The notes below the pieces were generated by a model, which saw only the letters and a program-made list of their open reading frames with translations, searched no databases and was not told the origin of the DNA. A program made the position numbers and the translations under genes. Source: a virus. From it: DNA of 64,000 nucleotides. Positions 9,864-19,548 of the stretch are shown here, one piece after another. The stretch's first letter is position 1; each line of letters opens with the position of its first letter. The stretch is taken from the IMG/VR virus record IMGVR_UViG_3300042887_002430, positions 28,483-92,482 of that record; one strand, given 5' to 3'.

Positions 9864-10994
9864 ATGTCCGTATTCTCAACTACAAAAACAGATTTTACAA
9901 AAGAATCCATGTTCTTCGGAGCTGAACCTAACCTAGCACGATACGATGTACAGAAATATCCAATATTTGAAAAGTTGACGGAAAAACAAATAGGATTTTT
10001 TTGGACACCCGGAGAAGTTGATTTATCAAAAGATGCTAGAGATTTCAAAGCCTTAACAAAAAATGAACAATTCATTTTTACACAAAATTTAAAATATCAA
10101 ATCCTACTAGATTCTGTTCAAGGTAGGTCACCTAATATTGCCTTATTACCATTCATTTCTATTCCAGAATTAGAAACCACCGTGATAACATGGTCATTCT
10201 TTGAAACTATTCATTCAAGAAGCTATACTCATATTATCAGAAATCTATATCCTAATCCTGGTGAGGTATTTGATACGATTCTTGATAATACAATGATTGT
10301 TGCACGGGCACAAACTGTTACTGATAAGTATGATGATTTCATTGAGTATGCTAATTATTATAAATTGTTAGGATATGGTTCCCACACAATCACCTCAGAT
10401 AATAAATCTAAAACCATTACAATCAACGAATATACCTTAAAAACTAAGTTGTATTTAACCTTAGCATCAATTTATATTTTAGAAGGTATTAGATTCTATG
10501 TAAGTTTTGCTTGTTCTTTTGCCTTTGGCGAAAATTCAAAAATGGAAGGAAATTCTAAATTAATTTCATTAATCGCCCGTGATGAATTCGTACATTTAGG
10601 TATCACCCAAAATATCATTAAAAATCTTCCTAAAGAAGATGATATGTTTGTCAAAATTATCCATGAGTGTACTGATGAAGTATATGCCATGTTTAATGCT
10701 GCTGCTGACCAGGAAAAAGAATGGGCTAAATATTTGTTCAATGATGGTTCAATTATTGGTTTAAATGAGATATTATTAAGTCAATATGTAGAATATATGA
10801 CCAATAAAAGATTAAAGACATTGGGGCTTAAAGCAGTATTTGCAAATATTTCTAACCCTCTACAATGGACGAATAAATATCTCGGTAGTAAAGACGTACA
10901 AACAGCTAAACAAGAAACTGAAAATAGTTCATATTTGGTTGGTTCTGTCGATACTAATGTCAATACCCAATTACTTTCATCTTTTGTTCTATAG
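9864..10994 (+). CDS. nrdB: ribonucleotide reductase class Ia beta subunit
   Basis: FFWTPGEV, LLDSVQGR, ETIHSRSYTH, LEGIRFYVSF and RDEFVH. Confidence 0.97.
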   Translation: MSVFSTTKTDFTKESMFFGAEPNLARYDVQKYPIFEKLTEKQIGFFWTPGEVDLSKDARDFKALTKNEQFIFTQNLKYQILLDSVQGRSPNIALLPFISIPELETTVITWSFFETIHSRSYTHIIRNLYPNPGEVFDTILDNTMIVARAQTVTDKYDDFIEYANYYKLLGYGSHTITSDNKSKTITINEYTLKTKLYLTLASIYILEGIRFYVSFACSFAFGENSKMEGNSKLISLIARDEFVHLGITQNIIKNLPKEDDMFVKIIHECTDEVYAMFNAAADQEKEWAKYLFNDGSIIGLNEILLSQYVEYMTNKRLKTLGLKAVFANISNPLQWTNKYLGSKDVQTAKQETENSSYLVGSVDTNVNTQLLSSFVL

Positions 10995-11002
10995 GATTAT
11001 AA

Positions 11003-11203
11003 ATGATTAAATATCATTTTCAAAAATTGTTTACCGATATTTTGTGTACTATTGCTAGAATTATGCCAAAATCAGTAGTATTATATTGTGCAATATACGT
11101 TATGTCATATTCCACCTCTGGAAAATATTCTAATACCGTTGTCCCAGAATTATCAGGTATGGATGCTATTAAAAGATTTTCGGAAGATTATAAGATTAAC
11201 TAA
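11003..11203 (+). CDS. hypothetical protein
   Basis: 66-aa ORF with an AGGA RBS. Confidence 0.6.
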   Translation: MIKYHFQKLFTDILCTIARIMPKSVVLYCAIYVMSYSTSGKYSNTVVPELSGMDAIKRFSEDYKIN

Positions 11204-11210
11204 ATATATA

Positions 11211-11237
11211 AACATCCCTACCTAAGGTAGGGATGTT
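11211..11237 (+). terminator. intrinsic terminator
   Basis: AACATCCCTACCT/AGGTAGGGATGTT inverted repeat. Confidence 0.7.
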
Positions 11238-11271
11238 TCTCTTAACAACCTAGGTAAAACCGTTACACAGA

Positions 11272-11508
11272 ATGTCAAAAAAATATTTACAAACCTTAGA
11301 AACAAAAGTAAGAACGGATATAAAAACATGGGATGCTGACGACATATATTATGAATATAGTATTATTGTTCATGATGATGGTAAAGTATTCGATGATGTT
11401 AATAATAGATTATATTCATCATTAGATGAATGGTTAGACCACTATCTTGATGATAGTGAAGAAGATATTGATTTTTTATCATCACATAGAGGATATTTCG
11501 ATGACTAG
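11272..11508 (+). CDS. hypothetical acidic protein
   Basis: 78-aa ORF. Confidence 0.65.
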   Translation: MSKKYLQTLETKVRTDIKTWDADDIYYEYSIIVHDDGKVFDDVNNRLYSSLDEWLDHYLDDSEEDIDFLSSHRGYFDD

Positions 11509-11716
11509 TTTTTTATTCAATAGTCCCAATGGCGAATTAGAAGTTGTATGTACAGGAAGATATGCTATTAAAAAATCATTGACTTCTAAGAATACATATA
11601 AGAAAATAGAGATAACCCCAACAGATGAACATATTGGGTGGAAGAAATTTGTTAATGAAGAAGATTTAATGGAGATACGTCGATTTGATGGATTGGAATC
11701 AGACGATACATTATAA
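11501..11716 (+). CDS. hypothetical protein
   Basis: Probable start MTSFLF at 11501 with a GAGGA RBS. Confidence 0.6.
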   Translation: MTSFLFNSPNGELEVVCTGRYAIKKSLTSKNTYKKIEITPTDEHIGWKKFVNEEDLMEIRRFDGLESDDTL

Positions 11717-11776
11717 AAAAATATGATATACTGTAACGACAGTTAAGATTAACTGTCACTAATTAATGACGAAATT

Positions 11777-12742
11777 ATGAAAAAAATTATAGAAAAATAT
11801 ATACCTTTACCATCCTTTCCTAATGCTAAAGGTTGGTATAGTTTAAAATGTAATGTATGCCACGATTATAAAGTTAGAGCAGGATTTAATTTTACTGATG
11901 ATAATGTGTCATATCATTGTTTTAATTGTAATTTTAAAGCATTTTATTTTGTTAATTCACGGGTTAATGATGATTTCAAAAAAGTATTAAATTCGTATCA
12001 TGTTCCAGAAGATGAGTTGTTGAAACTATCATTTGTTGCCTTAACCGCAGAACGTCCAACATATAAAAAAGTAGTAAAAAGTGATAACCCATTGGTAGAA
12101 ATAGATGTTCCTAAATGTTTTTATAAATTAATATCTGATGGTAGTGACAAACAGTCTAATATTGCTATAGAATATTTAAAAAATCGTGGAATAATAAATA
12201 ACTATAATTTTTATCTCTCAAGAGGTAATACCACACAGGATGAAAAATTGTGGGGTAACCGTTTGATAATCCCTTATTATAGGGAAGATAAATTAATCTT
12301 TTTTCAAGGTCGGACATTAAACAATGCAAGTAGAAGATATGTTAATTCAACAGTTGATAATGATGGTATTATTTTATACGGGTATCAAAACTTTCATACC
12401 GTATCTAATGACCTTCTTTTCATTGTAGAGGGTTTTTTTGATGCCTATCATTTGAATGGTGTTGCCATTGTAGGGAATAGTTTAACCGATAAAAAAATTA
12501 AAGTTATAAACGAAAGTAATAAAAGAAAAATATATGTCCCTGATAGATTCGGGAATGGTAAAGAACCTGCAATAAAAGCTATTGAGGCAGGATGGGAAGT
12601 ATCTATTCCTGATTGTGGTAATTGTAAAGATTTAAACGAAGCCATCATTAAGTATGGTCTACTATATGTAAAAAAATCATTAATGGATAATTGTAAAAAA
12701 GGTTTTGCAGCTACCATAATGGTTAATGCTATGTGCAAATAA
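11777..12742 (+). CDS. DNA primase, T4 gp61-like
   Basis: Zn ribbon CNVC...YHCFNC, YLKNRG, RLIIPY and Toprim VEGFFDA. Confidence 0.88.
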   Translation: MKKIIEKYIPLPSFPNAKGWYSLKCNVCHDYKVRAGFNFTDDNVSYHCFNCNFKAFYFVNSRVNDDFKKVLNSYHVPEDELLKLSFVALTAERPTYKKVVKSDNPLVEIDVPKCFYKLISDGSDKQSNIAIEYLKNRGIINNYNFYLSRGNTTQDEKLWGNRLIIPYYREDKLIFFQGRTLNNASRRYVNSTVDNDGIILYGYQNFHTVSNDLLFIVEGFFDAYHLNGVAIVGNSLTDKKIKVINESNKRKIYVPDRFGNGKEPAIKAIEAGWEVSIPDCGNCKDLNEAIIKYGLLYVKKSLMDNCKKGFAATIMVNAMCK

Positions 12743-12759
12743 TAAGGATAATAAAAAAA

Positions 12760-13317
12760 ATGAACAATATGTTAGTGGTTGCTATGGAAACCAGTGGGTT
12801 AAATGTTGCCAATTCTATTGGAGTGGATAGAAACCTATCAAATCATTATCAAATCCTATCCATAGGATTAATAGTTTGTAATTCCAAATATGAAAAAATT
12901 GATGAAATGTATATGGAAATTCAATATGATGGTAAAAGCCTATGGGATAAACAGGCAGAAAAACATCATGGATTATCAAAAGGGCGATTGAAAGAATATG
13001 GTTTAGTAGAAGTAAAAGCATTAGAAGAAATAGGGTCTTTTATATTCAATCATTTCGAAAATAATAAAATACCATTGGTCGGACACAATACCCACTTTAG
13101 CTTAACATTTTTAGATTCGTTATTTAGACGATATGATATTGTCTTACCATTTGATTGTCATTATTATGATTTGGCAACATTAGGAAAGGTGTTCTTAAAT
13201 ACCTGTAATAAAAATACCATCTTTGCACTATTAGAATTAAAAAATGATAAACGAAATGCATTGAATACTGCCCGTAATATATTAAAGGCATTCAATAGAT
13301 TTAAAAGTATTGTTTGA
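12760..13317 (+). CDS. DEDDh 3'-5' exonuclease homologue, apparently inactive
   Basis: Fold motifs AMETSGL, ILSIG, LVGHN and RNALNT with most catalytic residues substituted. Confidence 0.65.
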   Translation: MNNMLVVAMETSGLNVANSIGVDRNLSNHYQILSIGLIVCNSKYEKIDEMYMEIQYDGKSLWDKQAEKHHGLSKGRLKEYGLVEVKALEEIGSFIFNHFENNKIPLVGHNTHFSLTFLDSLFRRYDIVLPFDCHYYDLATLGKVFLNTCNKNTIFALLELKNDKRNALNTARNILKAFNRFKSIV

Positions 13318-13345
13318 TTAATATAATTGTTGTATAATTTATTAT

Positions 13346-13918
13346 TTGGAGGTTAATATGTATAGAAAATTGAAAATGTATTTAAATAAAATTTCCGATG
13401 TCAAACCTATTGATATGGATGATGGTACTGAAAAATTAGCCTATTTTTCCAAATATGATGGGAGTTATATTACCTTAACAGGGTTGGAGAATTCGGTTAG
13501 ATATTTAATGAAACGTGGAATCACAAAAGATTTGGCGCATGGTGTTGGCTATTCTCCAAGAAAGAAAAAATGGTACGGATGGTCCCATAGGGCAATTTAT
13601 GGATTTAAAATTGGAAGTACCGTTACACAAGATGATTGTGCCTATTTTCCAACTAATAAACAAGACTACATAGATTCTTACATTGAATTTTGGACGGATG
13701 TTGATAATCATAAAACAGTTTCTGTTGAAGATATAACAGAAGAAGGATTTAATATTATTTTTAATTATAATGATACCGTTCCAAATGAATCACTTAAAAA
13801 TAAAATTTCTTCAGTATATCAAGAATTCCCAAAACAATGGGGACGTGGCGAATGGACTGCTAAAACCATGGATGATGCTAAACAAATGGCTATAGATTTT
13901 TGCGAAGGTGTTTCGTAA
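13346..13918 (+). CDS. phage hypothetical protein
   Basis: 190-aa ORF containing WYGWSHRAIYGF; start probably the ATG after GGAGG. Confidence 0.75.
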   Translation: MEVNMYRKLKMYLNKISDVKPIDMDDGTEKLAYFSKYDGSYITLTGLENSVRYLMKRGITKDLAHGVGYSPRKKKWYGWSHRAIYGFKIGSTVTQDDCAYFPTNKQDYIDSYIEFWTDVDNHKTVSVEDITEEGFNIIFNYNDTVPNESLKNKISSVYQEFPKQWGRGEWTAKTMDDAKQMAIDFCEGVS

Positions 13919-14721
13919 TGAAACAATATCACGATTTATTACAAAAAGTATTATCAGAAGGTATAGAATCTTCTGATAGAACCGGTACCGGTACATTATC
14001 ATTATTTGGTGAAAAAATGGAATTTGACCTTAGTGAAGGTTTTCCATTATTAACCACTAAACACGTATCATTTAAAAATATTGCCACAGAATTAATATGG
14101 TTCCTTAAAGGGGATACCAATGCAAAATATTTAGATGATATGAATAATACCATTTGGAAAGAATGGACTAATGATGAAAATGATTTACCACATACTTATG
14201 CTAAACAATGGCGACATTTTGGTGGATTAGATTCTAATTATACTGTAGACCAAATTGCTAATGTTATTAAAAGTATTAACGATAATCCTTATGGTAGAAG
14301 ACATATTGTCAGTGCATGGAATCCTTTAACAGTAGAACATGCTGCCTTGCCACCATGCCATATGTTTTTTCAATTATACGTTAGAGATGACAAACTCTCA
14401 TTATTGTTCTATATGCGGTCTAACGACATGTTTTTAGGTAACCCTTACAATATAGCTAGTTATGCTCTTCTCGCCCATCTAGTGGCATTTCTGACAGGAT
14501 TTCAGGTAGGTAAACTAGTCTACATGTGTGGGGATTGTCATTTATATACAAATCATATTGAACAGGCTAAAGAATTGTTATCAAGAGATTATAACAAATA
14601 TAAATTACCTACTTTAAGTATACGTGATAATTTAACCAGTATTGATGATATAGAATTATTCCATTTAAAATTAAATGATTATGCATCATATCCCAGTATT
14701 AAGGCAGACGTAGCTGTATGA
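13918..14721 (+). CDS. thyA: thymidylate synthase
   Basis: DRTGTGT, FPLLTTK, ALPPCH, RSNDMFLG and DCHLY. Confidence 0.97.
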   Translation: MKQYHDLLQKVLSEGIESSDRTGTGTLSLFGEKMEFDLSEGFPLLTTKHVSFKNIATELIWFLKGDTNAKYLDDMNNTIWKEWTNDENDLPHTYAKQWRHFGGLDSNYTVDQIANVIKSINDNPYGRRHIVSAWNPLTVEHAALPPCHMFFQLYVRDDKLSLLFYMRSNDMFLGNPYNIASYALLAHLVAFLTGFQVGKLVYMCGDCHLYTNHIEQAKELLSRDYNKYKLPTLSIRDNLTSIDDIELFHLKLNDYASYPSIKADVAV

Positions 14722-14918
14722 CCACCAGTTATCATTGTTCATATAATAAGATTGGAACCTTATATACAACCTATCCATGTGGACATAGGGTAGAATCCAA
14801 TATTGACTATTTTTATTCAAATAATGAGATTAAACAATATTATACTACTTCGGAAAAATGTCCAACATGTCGTAAACATTCAAACTATACTTCAAACTTC
14901 GGTACCCGATACTTCTAA
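14718..14918 (+). CDS. small Zn-ribbon protein
   Basis: CGH...CPTC. Confidence 0.55.
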   Translation: MTTSYHCSYNKIGTLYTTYPCGHRVESNIDYFYSNNEIKQYYTTSEKCPTCRKHSNYTSNFGTRYF

Positions 14919-14932
14919 TAGGAGATTACAAT

Positions 14933-15427
14933 ATGATTCACATTATCGTAGCTTATGATAATAAAAATGGTTTTACAAAGAATAAAAATATTCCATGGTT
15001 AGCTGAGGAATGGTGTAAACAAGATTTACAAAGATTTAAAACATTAACAGATGGATGTGCATTAGTAATGGGTACTAATACATATAATGAGATTGCATCT
15101 TTAAGAAAAGTAAAAAAAGATTTATTACCAAATAGAACATCATATGTTGTAACCTCTAAGCCTGAAAAAACATTTCCCGGTGCTACTACTATTTCTTCAT
15201 TATCGGAAGTATATAAATTAGAACCCAATAGAGATATTTTTATTATTGGTGGTGAAAAATTATATCGAGAAGCTATGACACATTGTAAATCAGTCTTTGT
15301 TACCTATATTAACAAAGATTACGATTGTGACCAATACTTTCCAGTACCTATCAATAATTGGGAATTCTGGGACCATTCAGAAGAACCATTAAATGAATAT
15401 GTAACCTTTAAAACTTATTTTAAATAA
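14933..15427 (+). CDS. folA: dihydrofolate reductase
   Basis: IPW, D..RFK, VMGTNTY, LPNR, FIIGG and CDQYFP. Confidence 0.93.
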   Translation: MIHIIVAYDNKNGFTKNKNIPWLAEEWCKQDLQRFKTLTDGCALVMGTNTYNEIASLRKVKKDLLPNRTSYVVTSKPEKTFPGATTISSLSEVYKLEPNRDIFIIGGEKLYREAMTHCKSVFVTYINKDYDCDQYFPVPINNWEFWDHSEEPLNEYVTFKTYFK

Positions 15428-15429
15428 TT

Positions 15430-15672
15430 ATGAAAAAAATATTAATATTAGTAAGCATCCTTTTATTATCTGGGTGTGCTGATAAAAATCCTAATCCTGA
15501 TGAGGTATTAGGATTTTGGTACGGTATGTGGCATGGTTTTACTATTATTTTAGCATTTTTGGCATCATGGTTTGATAATGATGTTGCTTTATATGCTACT
15601 AATAATACGGGATTCTGGTACAATTTAGGATATTTGTGTGGATTATATATCTTTTATGATACTACCAATTAA
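15430..15672 (+). CDS. small membrane lipoprotein
   Basis: Lipobox LLSGC and hydrophobic GFWYGMWHG...WYNLGY. Confidence 0.7.
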   Translation: MKKILILVSILLLSGCADKNPNPDEVLGFWYGMWHGFTIILAFLASWFDNDVALYATNNTGFWYNLGYLCGLYIFYDTTN

Positions 15673-16079
15673 TGTTTATTAATACCTTTCCAGTACCCTA
15701 GCTTATTATCAAATACCAATTCTTCTGGTGCATAGAATTCACCCTCTGCACCAGTCACTTCTAAATCTCTAGGGTCTACAATAATCTTCATTATTGTATT
15801 ATTCTTTCCAAATTTTGGTTCAGAATGTTGTTTAGTAGATTTATCTGTTGGACCAAACCATGCACCCTTATTAAATCTTCCTAATAATTTAATATTTTCT
15901 GCATTATCTTTGGATGTTCCATGATATACAATAATAGTAGCATCACCAACTTTCTTTTCAACTTTTGAACCACGTTGTTTAGCTTCTTTAACAAAATCTT
16001 CCATAGCATTATATCGTTCAATATAATCTTGACGGTAATTGAAATTCTCTTTTAATGGTTTAATTTCTGATAGTTTCAT
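15669..16079 (-). CDS. ADP-ribosyltransferase-like protein
   Basis: VYHGTS...GAWF...GEF, an H-x-E ART pattern; leader MKLSEIKPLKE. Confidence 0.55.
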   Translation of the reverse strand: MKLSEIKPLKENFNYRQDYIERYNAMEDFVKEAKQRGSKVEKKVGDATIIVYHGTSKDNAENIKLLGRFNKGAWFGPTDKSTKQHSEPKFGKNNTIMKIIVDPRDLEVTGAEGEFYAPEELVFDNKLGYWKGINKH

Positions 16080-16081
16080 AA

Positions 16082-16918
16082 TTATCTAAATTTTGATTGG
16101 GTTAATCTAATATTACCATCTTTATCTACATATGCATGGGCATACATTTTATCTGCACCGTGTTTATAAAAATCTACTGTAGTGGCATCTAATCCATAAT
16201 CCCATAAGTATAAACGATTATTAAACTTGCACCAATTTCTAGCGGTTGTTAAATCACCAATAGTCAATCCCGCATTTTGCATCAATTCTGTTAAGTATAA
16301 AAAATTTTCATTCTGTTCGTCATCCTGTTTACCTGCACGATATACTGTAGATGCTGCATCATGTAAATAATCTACTATATTACGAAATCGTCCACGATAA
16401 TATAAATCTGCATTGGTAAATTCATTAAAAATATCACCAAACTCTTCTTTGAACATTTTTTTAAATTCACCAGGCTTGATAGGTTCAGCAAGTGGCATTT
16501 GTATCCAGTTAGATAATGAAATATTATCAAAATGAATATCTTTATTTCTTGCACTAGTATCTAAAATAGGCAATAAAAATCTACCACTTTCCCAATGGGA
16601 ATAATTATAAAAATGTTCAATCTCTGCACGATTTTGAGCAATACCTTTACCATTTAATGCTAATTTAAATACGGTTTGTACCATACCCGATGTTGGTAAA
16701 TTATATTCCGATAATACATGATGGTCTAACATGGATGCATCTATAGCTACTTTAAAAACAATTCTCGATGACCCTTTACCAACCCGTTCACCAAATTCTT
16801 CAAATTTTTTAATAATAGCCACAGATGAATATTTTCCTGCCCGACTATCTAATGAACGTGCCTCAATTTCGGGAGGTAATGGAGCTTCAAATAATGGTAA
16901 TACTTCTTTTAGTTTCAT
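16082..16918 (-). CDS. protein-kinase-like protein (paralogue 1)
   Basis: GKGSSR, VFK, QNRAE, GDL..RNW and DYG. Confidence 0.75.
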   Translation of the reverse strand: MKLKEVLPLFEAPLPPEIEARSLDSRAGKYSSVAIIKKFEEFGERVGKGSSRIVFKVAIDASMLDHHVLSEYNLPTSGMVQTVFKLALNGKGIAQNRAEIEHFYNYSHWESGRFLLPILDTSARNKDIHFDNISLSNWIQMPLAEPIKPGEFKKMFKEEFGDIFNEFTNADLYYRGRFRNIVDYLHDAASTVYRAGKQDDEQNENFLYLTELMQNAGLTIGDLTTARNWCKFNNRLYLWDYGLDATTVDFYKHGADKMYAHAYVDKDGNIRLTQSKFR

Positions 16919-16920
16919 AC

Positions 16921-17757
16921 TTATGCCTTATATCGTTTTAGTGTAGGTGATAATTTCAATGTTATATTACCATCCTTATCCACCTTAGCAGTTGCCTTTT
17001 TAAATTTATTATATAGTTCATGGGTAGTAACATCAAAACCATAATCTAACAAATATAATCTATTGTTAAATAATCCCCAACTACTATTCTTAAAAATATC
17101 CCCAAACCCTAATTTCACGGTATCAATCATATCCATTAATGTATGAAAATTATGAGCTTGTAATCCTGTTGCTACACCATTCTTAACAGCATTATCTCTA
17201 ATCTCTTTCAATGCATCATGTAATTCCGCACGAGTTTTTATTTTAATATTAGATAAATCATCAAAGACCATACCAAATTCTGCTTCAAATATTCCTTTAA
17301 ATTCCAATGGTTTAATTCTTTTTACCATTGGTAATTGTATCCAATGTGACAATGGTTCATCATCTAAGGTAATATTCTTAGTTCTTGCACTAGTATCTAA
17401 TATAGGTAAGATATACCTTGCAAAATCATGAGATTTATATTTTTTAAATGTATTGATTTCTGCTTTATTCTGTGCAATACCATTAGCATTAGTAGCTACT
17501 TTAAAAACAGTATCTATTTTTCCAGATGTTGGGAAACCATAATGTGATAATATAGAAGTATCTAATAATTCTGCATCAATACTAACACTAAATGCTGCTC
17601 TTGACGAACCTTGACCTACCTTAACTCCACCAATTTTTGTAAATCTATACATTAAACTAGGTGAGGAATATGCACCAGGTTTAGGTTCTAAATATGATGG
17701 GTCAACATCTGGCGGTAATGGTGCTTCCAATAATGGTTTTAATTCTTGTAATTTCAT
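16921..17757 (-). CDS. protein-kinase-like protein (paralogue 2)
   Basis: GQGSSR, VFK, QNKAE, GDI..SSWG and DYG; tandem duplicate of the 16082 gene. Confidence 0.75.
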   Translation of the reverse strand: MKLQELKPLLEAPLPPDVDPSYLEPKPGAYSSPSLMYRFTKIGGVKVGQGSSRAAFSVSIDAELLDTSILSHYGFPTSGKIDTVFKVATNANGIAQNKAEINTFKKYKSHDFARYILPILDTSARTKNITLDDEPLSHWIQLPMVKRIKPLEFKGIFEAEFGMVFDDLSNIKIKTRAELHDALKEIRDNAVKNGVATGLQAHNFHTLMDMIDTVKLGFGDIFKNSSWGLFNNRLYLLDYGFDVTTHELYNKFKKATAKVDKDGNITLKLSPTLKRYKA

Positions 17758-18122
17758 GATATGCCATTCTTAAAAATGTTATTTAAGTAATTAGAATCCA
17801 TATTTAAACCATTGTGTATTAATACATTACCTACAAACGTAGAACAATTTTCAGCATTAACGTTATTTACTGATGGTACTAATACTGGTTTAGATAGATT
17901 TATAATTTTTAATTGTTGTGGTGGGAAATTAGAATCTTCGGTAATGCTATTAGTAATATAAACCCCATCACCATGTTTATGTCCAGACATTTGTAATTGT
18001 TTACCACTATCAATAATAAATCCAACATGGTCATAATACCACAATTTCGGACATGAAGTAGAACGTGCAAAAAATATTGAATTAGATTTATATTCTTTAG
18101 ACAATAATTCTCTTAATAGCAT
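17754..18122 (-). CDS. permuted papain-like (NlpC/P60-type) thiol enzyme
   Basis: DHVG precedes ENCSTFV (His-before-Cys order). Confidence 0.55.
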   Translation of the reverse strand: MLLRELLSKEYKSNSIFFARSTSCPKLWYYDHVGFIIDSGKQLQMSGHKHGDGVYITNSITEDSNFPPQQLKIINLSKPVLVPSVNNVNAENCSTFVGNVLIHNGLNMDSNYLNNIFKNGIS

Positions 18123-18123
18123 A

Positions 18124-18633
18124 TTAATCCCATCTCAATATTCTTAATTGTGTTAATTTATCAGCCAATGCTATTAAATGTTTGCATCCACCTAATGATT
18201 TGTTAGGATTAACCGGTGGTCTATTAGTCTTTTTAATATATGGAGGGGGAGGAGTTCCTTCTAAACTATTGTTGTTAAAGTGAAATGTTGCAAATCTATA
18301 ATAAAAATCTAAACAATCACAGGATAAATGAATATCATTATGTCTAGCATTCAATGGAATAATATTATGAATTTCATTATCATCACATTTAATAGCTATG
18401 CCACCATCATCTACATACTGAACATCATCAAATTGAATATCAGTTTTATAATGTTGACCACCACTACTCTGTGTATCTGCCTCAACCTTTAAATTATTGG
18501 TTTGGGTATATGGAGTGAATTTAAGACCACGTGCATTAACAGTATTTGTAATATGCTGACGTTTCTTAGTTGTTGGGAAACCAGTAATATTATTCTGGTT
18601 AACTTGGCTGACGGTAATCTCTGATAATAGCAT
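18124..18633 (-). CDS. SWIM Zn-finger protein
   Basis: CDCLDF...GCKHL. Confidence 0.75.
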   Translation of the reverse strand: MLLSEITVSQVNQNNITGFPTTKKRQHITNTVNARGLKFTPYTQTNNLKVEADTQSSGGQHYKTDIQFDDVQYVDDGGIAIKCDDNEIHNIIPLNARHNDIHLSCDCLDFYYRFATFHFNNNSLEGTPPPPYIKKTNRPPVNPNKSLGGCKHLIALADKLTQLRILRWD

Positions 18634-18662
18634 AAAAATTCTTATATGATTTTTAAATCTAC

Positions 18663-18670
18663 TATTTATA
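18663..18670 (-). promoter_or_regulatory. T4-type late promoter
   Basis: Exact TATAAATA on the minus strand heading the 18633-15669 operon; a gp55 homologue is in the window. Confidence 0.7.
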
Positions 18671-18673
18671 AAA

Positions 18674-18714
18674 ATACCCTCCTAATGATTGATTTTTAAT
18701 CATTAGGAGGGTAT
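18674..18714. terminator. intrinsic terminator
   Basis: ATACCCTCCTAATGATT/AATCATTAGGAGGGTAT. Confidence 0.75.
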
Positions 18715-18725
18715 AAAAGAATATC

Positions 18726-19049
18726 TTAGTGTGTCAGGTGACTTACATGTGCTAAATGACCTGATGGATGTTCTTCTGCATTATCACCATGTTTAATAAC
18801 AATAGAATCATAATCATCCATCGTTAATTTTTCAGAATGTAATTTCAATGCATTCTCGGTAATTTTATGCAAATCCATATCAGATGCTGCTTCTTCTTTA
18901 GCATATTCTAATAATCTAATAAACAATGGAATATCCAATGTTAATGTGTCTTCAGGATTTCCAGGAACATCACCATGTGATGGTGGCATATCATGTCGGG
19001 TATCAGCACCATCCATTTCAAAGGATGATAAAACTTCACATAATTTCAT
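18726..19049 (-). CDS. phage hypothetical protein, probable internal head protein
   Basis: DIPLFIRLLEYAKE...DMDLH; leader MKLCEVL. Confidence 0.7.
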   Translation of the reverse strand: MKLCEVLSSFEMDGADTRHDMPPSHGDVPGNPEDTLTLDIPLFIRLLEYAKEEAASDMDLHKITENALKLHSEKLTMDDYDSIVIKHGDNAEEHPSGHLAHVSHLTH

Positions 19050-19090
19050 AATTGTTGACCTATATTGTAGAATGGTTATATTTAGTACAA

Positions 19091-19546
19091 TTATTTAGCA
19101 ATACTGGGATTAATGTCAAATGTTTTAGGGTGTAAATCCTCACTACGCCCCGTATAATTTCTAGGATTCATCAATACATTACTATTTAATAATCGTTCAA
19201 CCGCCTTTCTAGTATCTGAAGATTGTATATTAATAGTAATAGTTCTAATACCATGAATATATAATTCTCTAATTAAATCTTTAAAGAATCCTCGTCTTTT
19301 AAATTTATATTCATCAGCAGAATATTTAAATTCGGATGGTACACTATTCATACCAATGATTCTAGCATTATCATCAACTATTTCGCCATAGGCTTTACCA
19401 CCAATAATATCAGAATATTTAAAACCAGTATAGGAAACATCTTTAACAACATCATCTCCAATGTCATCATCATATTCTTTTACCTTTTTAGTTTCTTTAG
19501 CTACAATAAATGATTCATCCAATGATTTAATTTCTAATAATTTCAT
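19091..19546 (-). CDS. GNAT-like acetyltransferase
   Basis: Motif-A-like KFKRRGFFKDLI; leader MKLLEIKSLDE. Confidence 0.5.
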   Translation of the reverse strand: MKLLEIKSLDESFIVAKETKKVKEYDDDIGDDVVKDVSYTGFKYSDIIGGKAYGEIVDDNARIIGMNSVPSEFKYSADEYKFKRRGFFKDLIRELYIHGIRTITINIQSSDTRKAVERLLNSNVLMNPRNYTGRSEDLHPKTFDINPSIAK

Positions 19547-19548
19547 AA

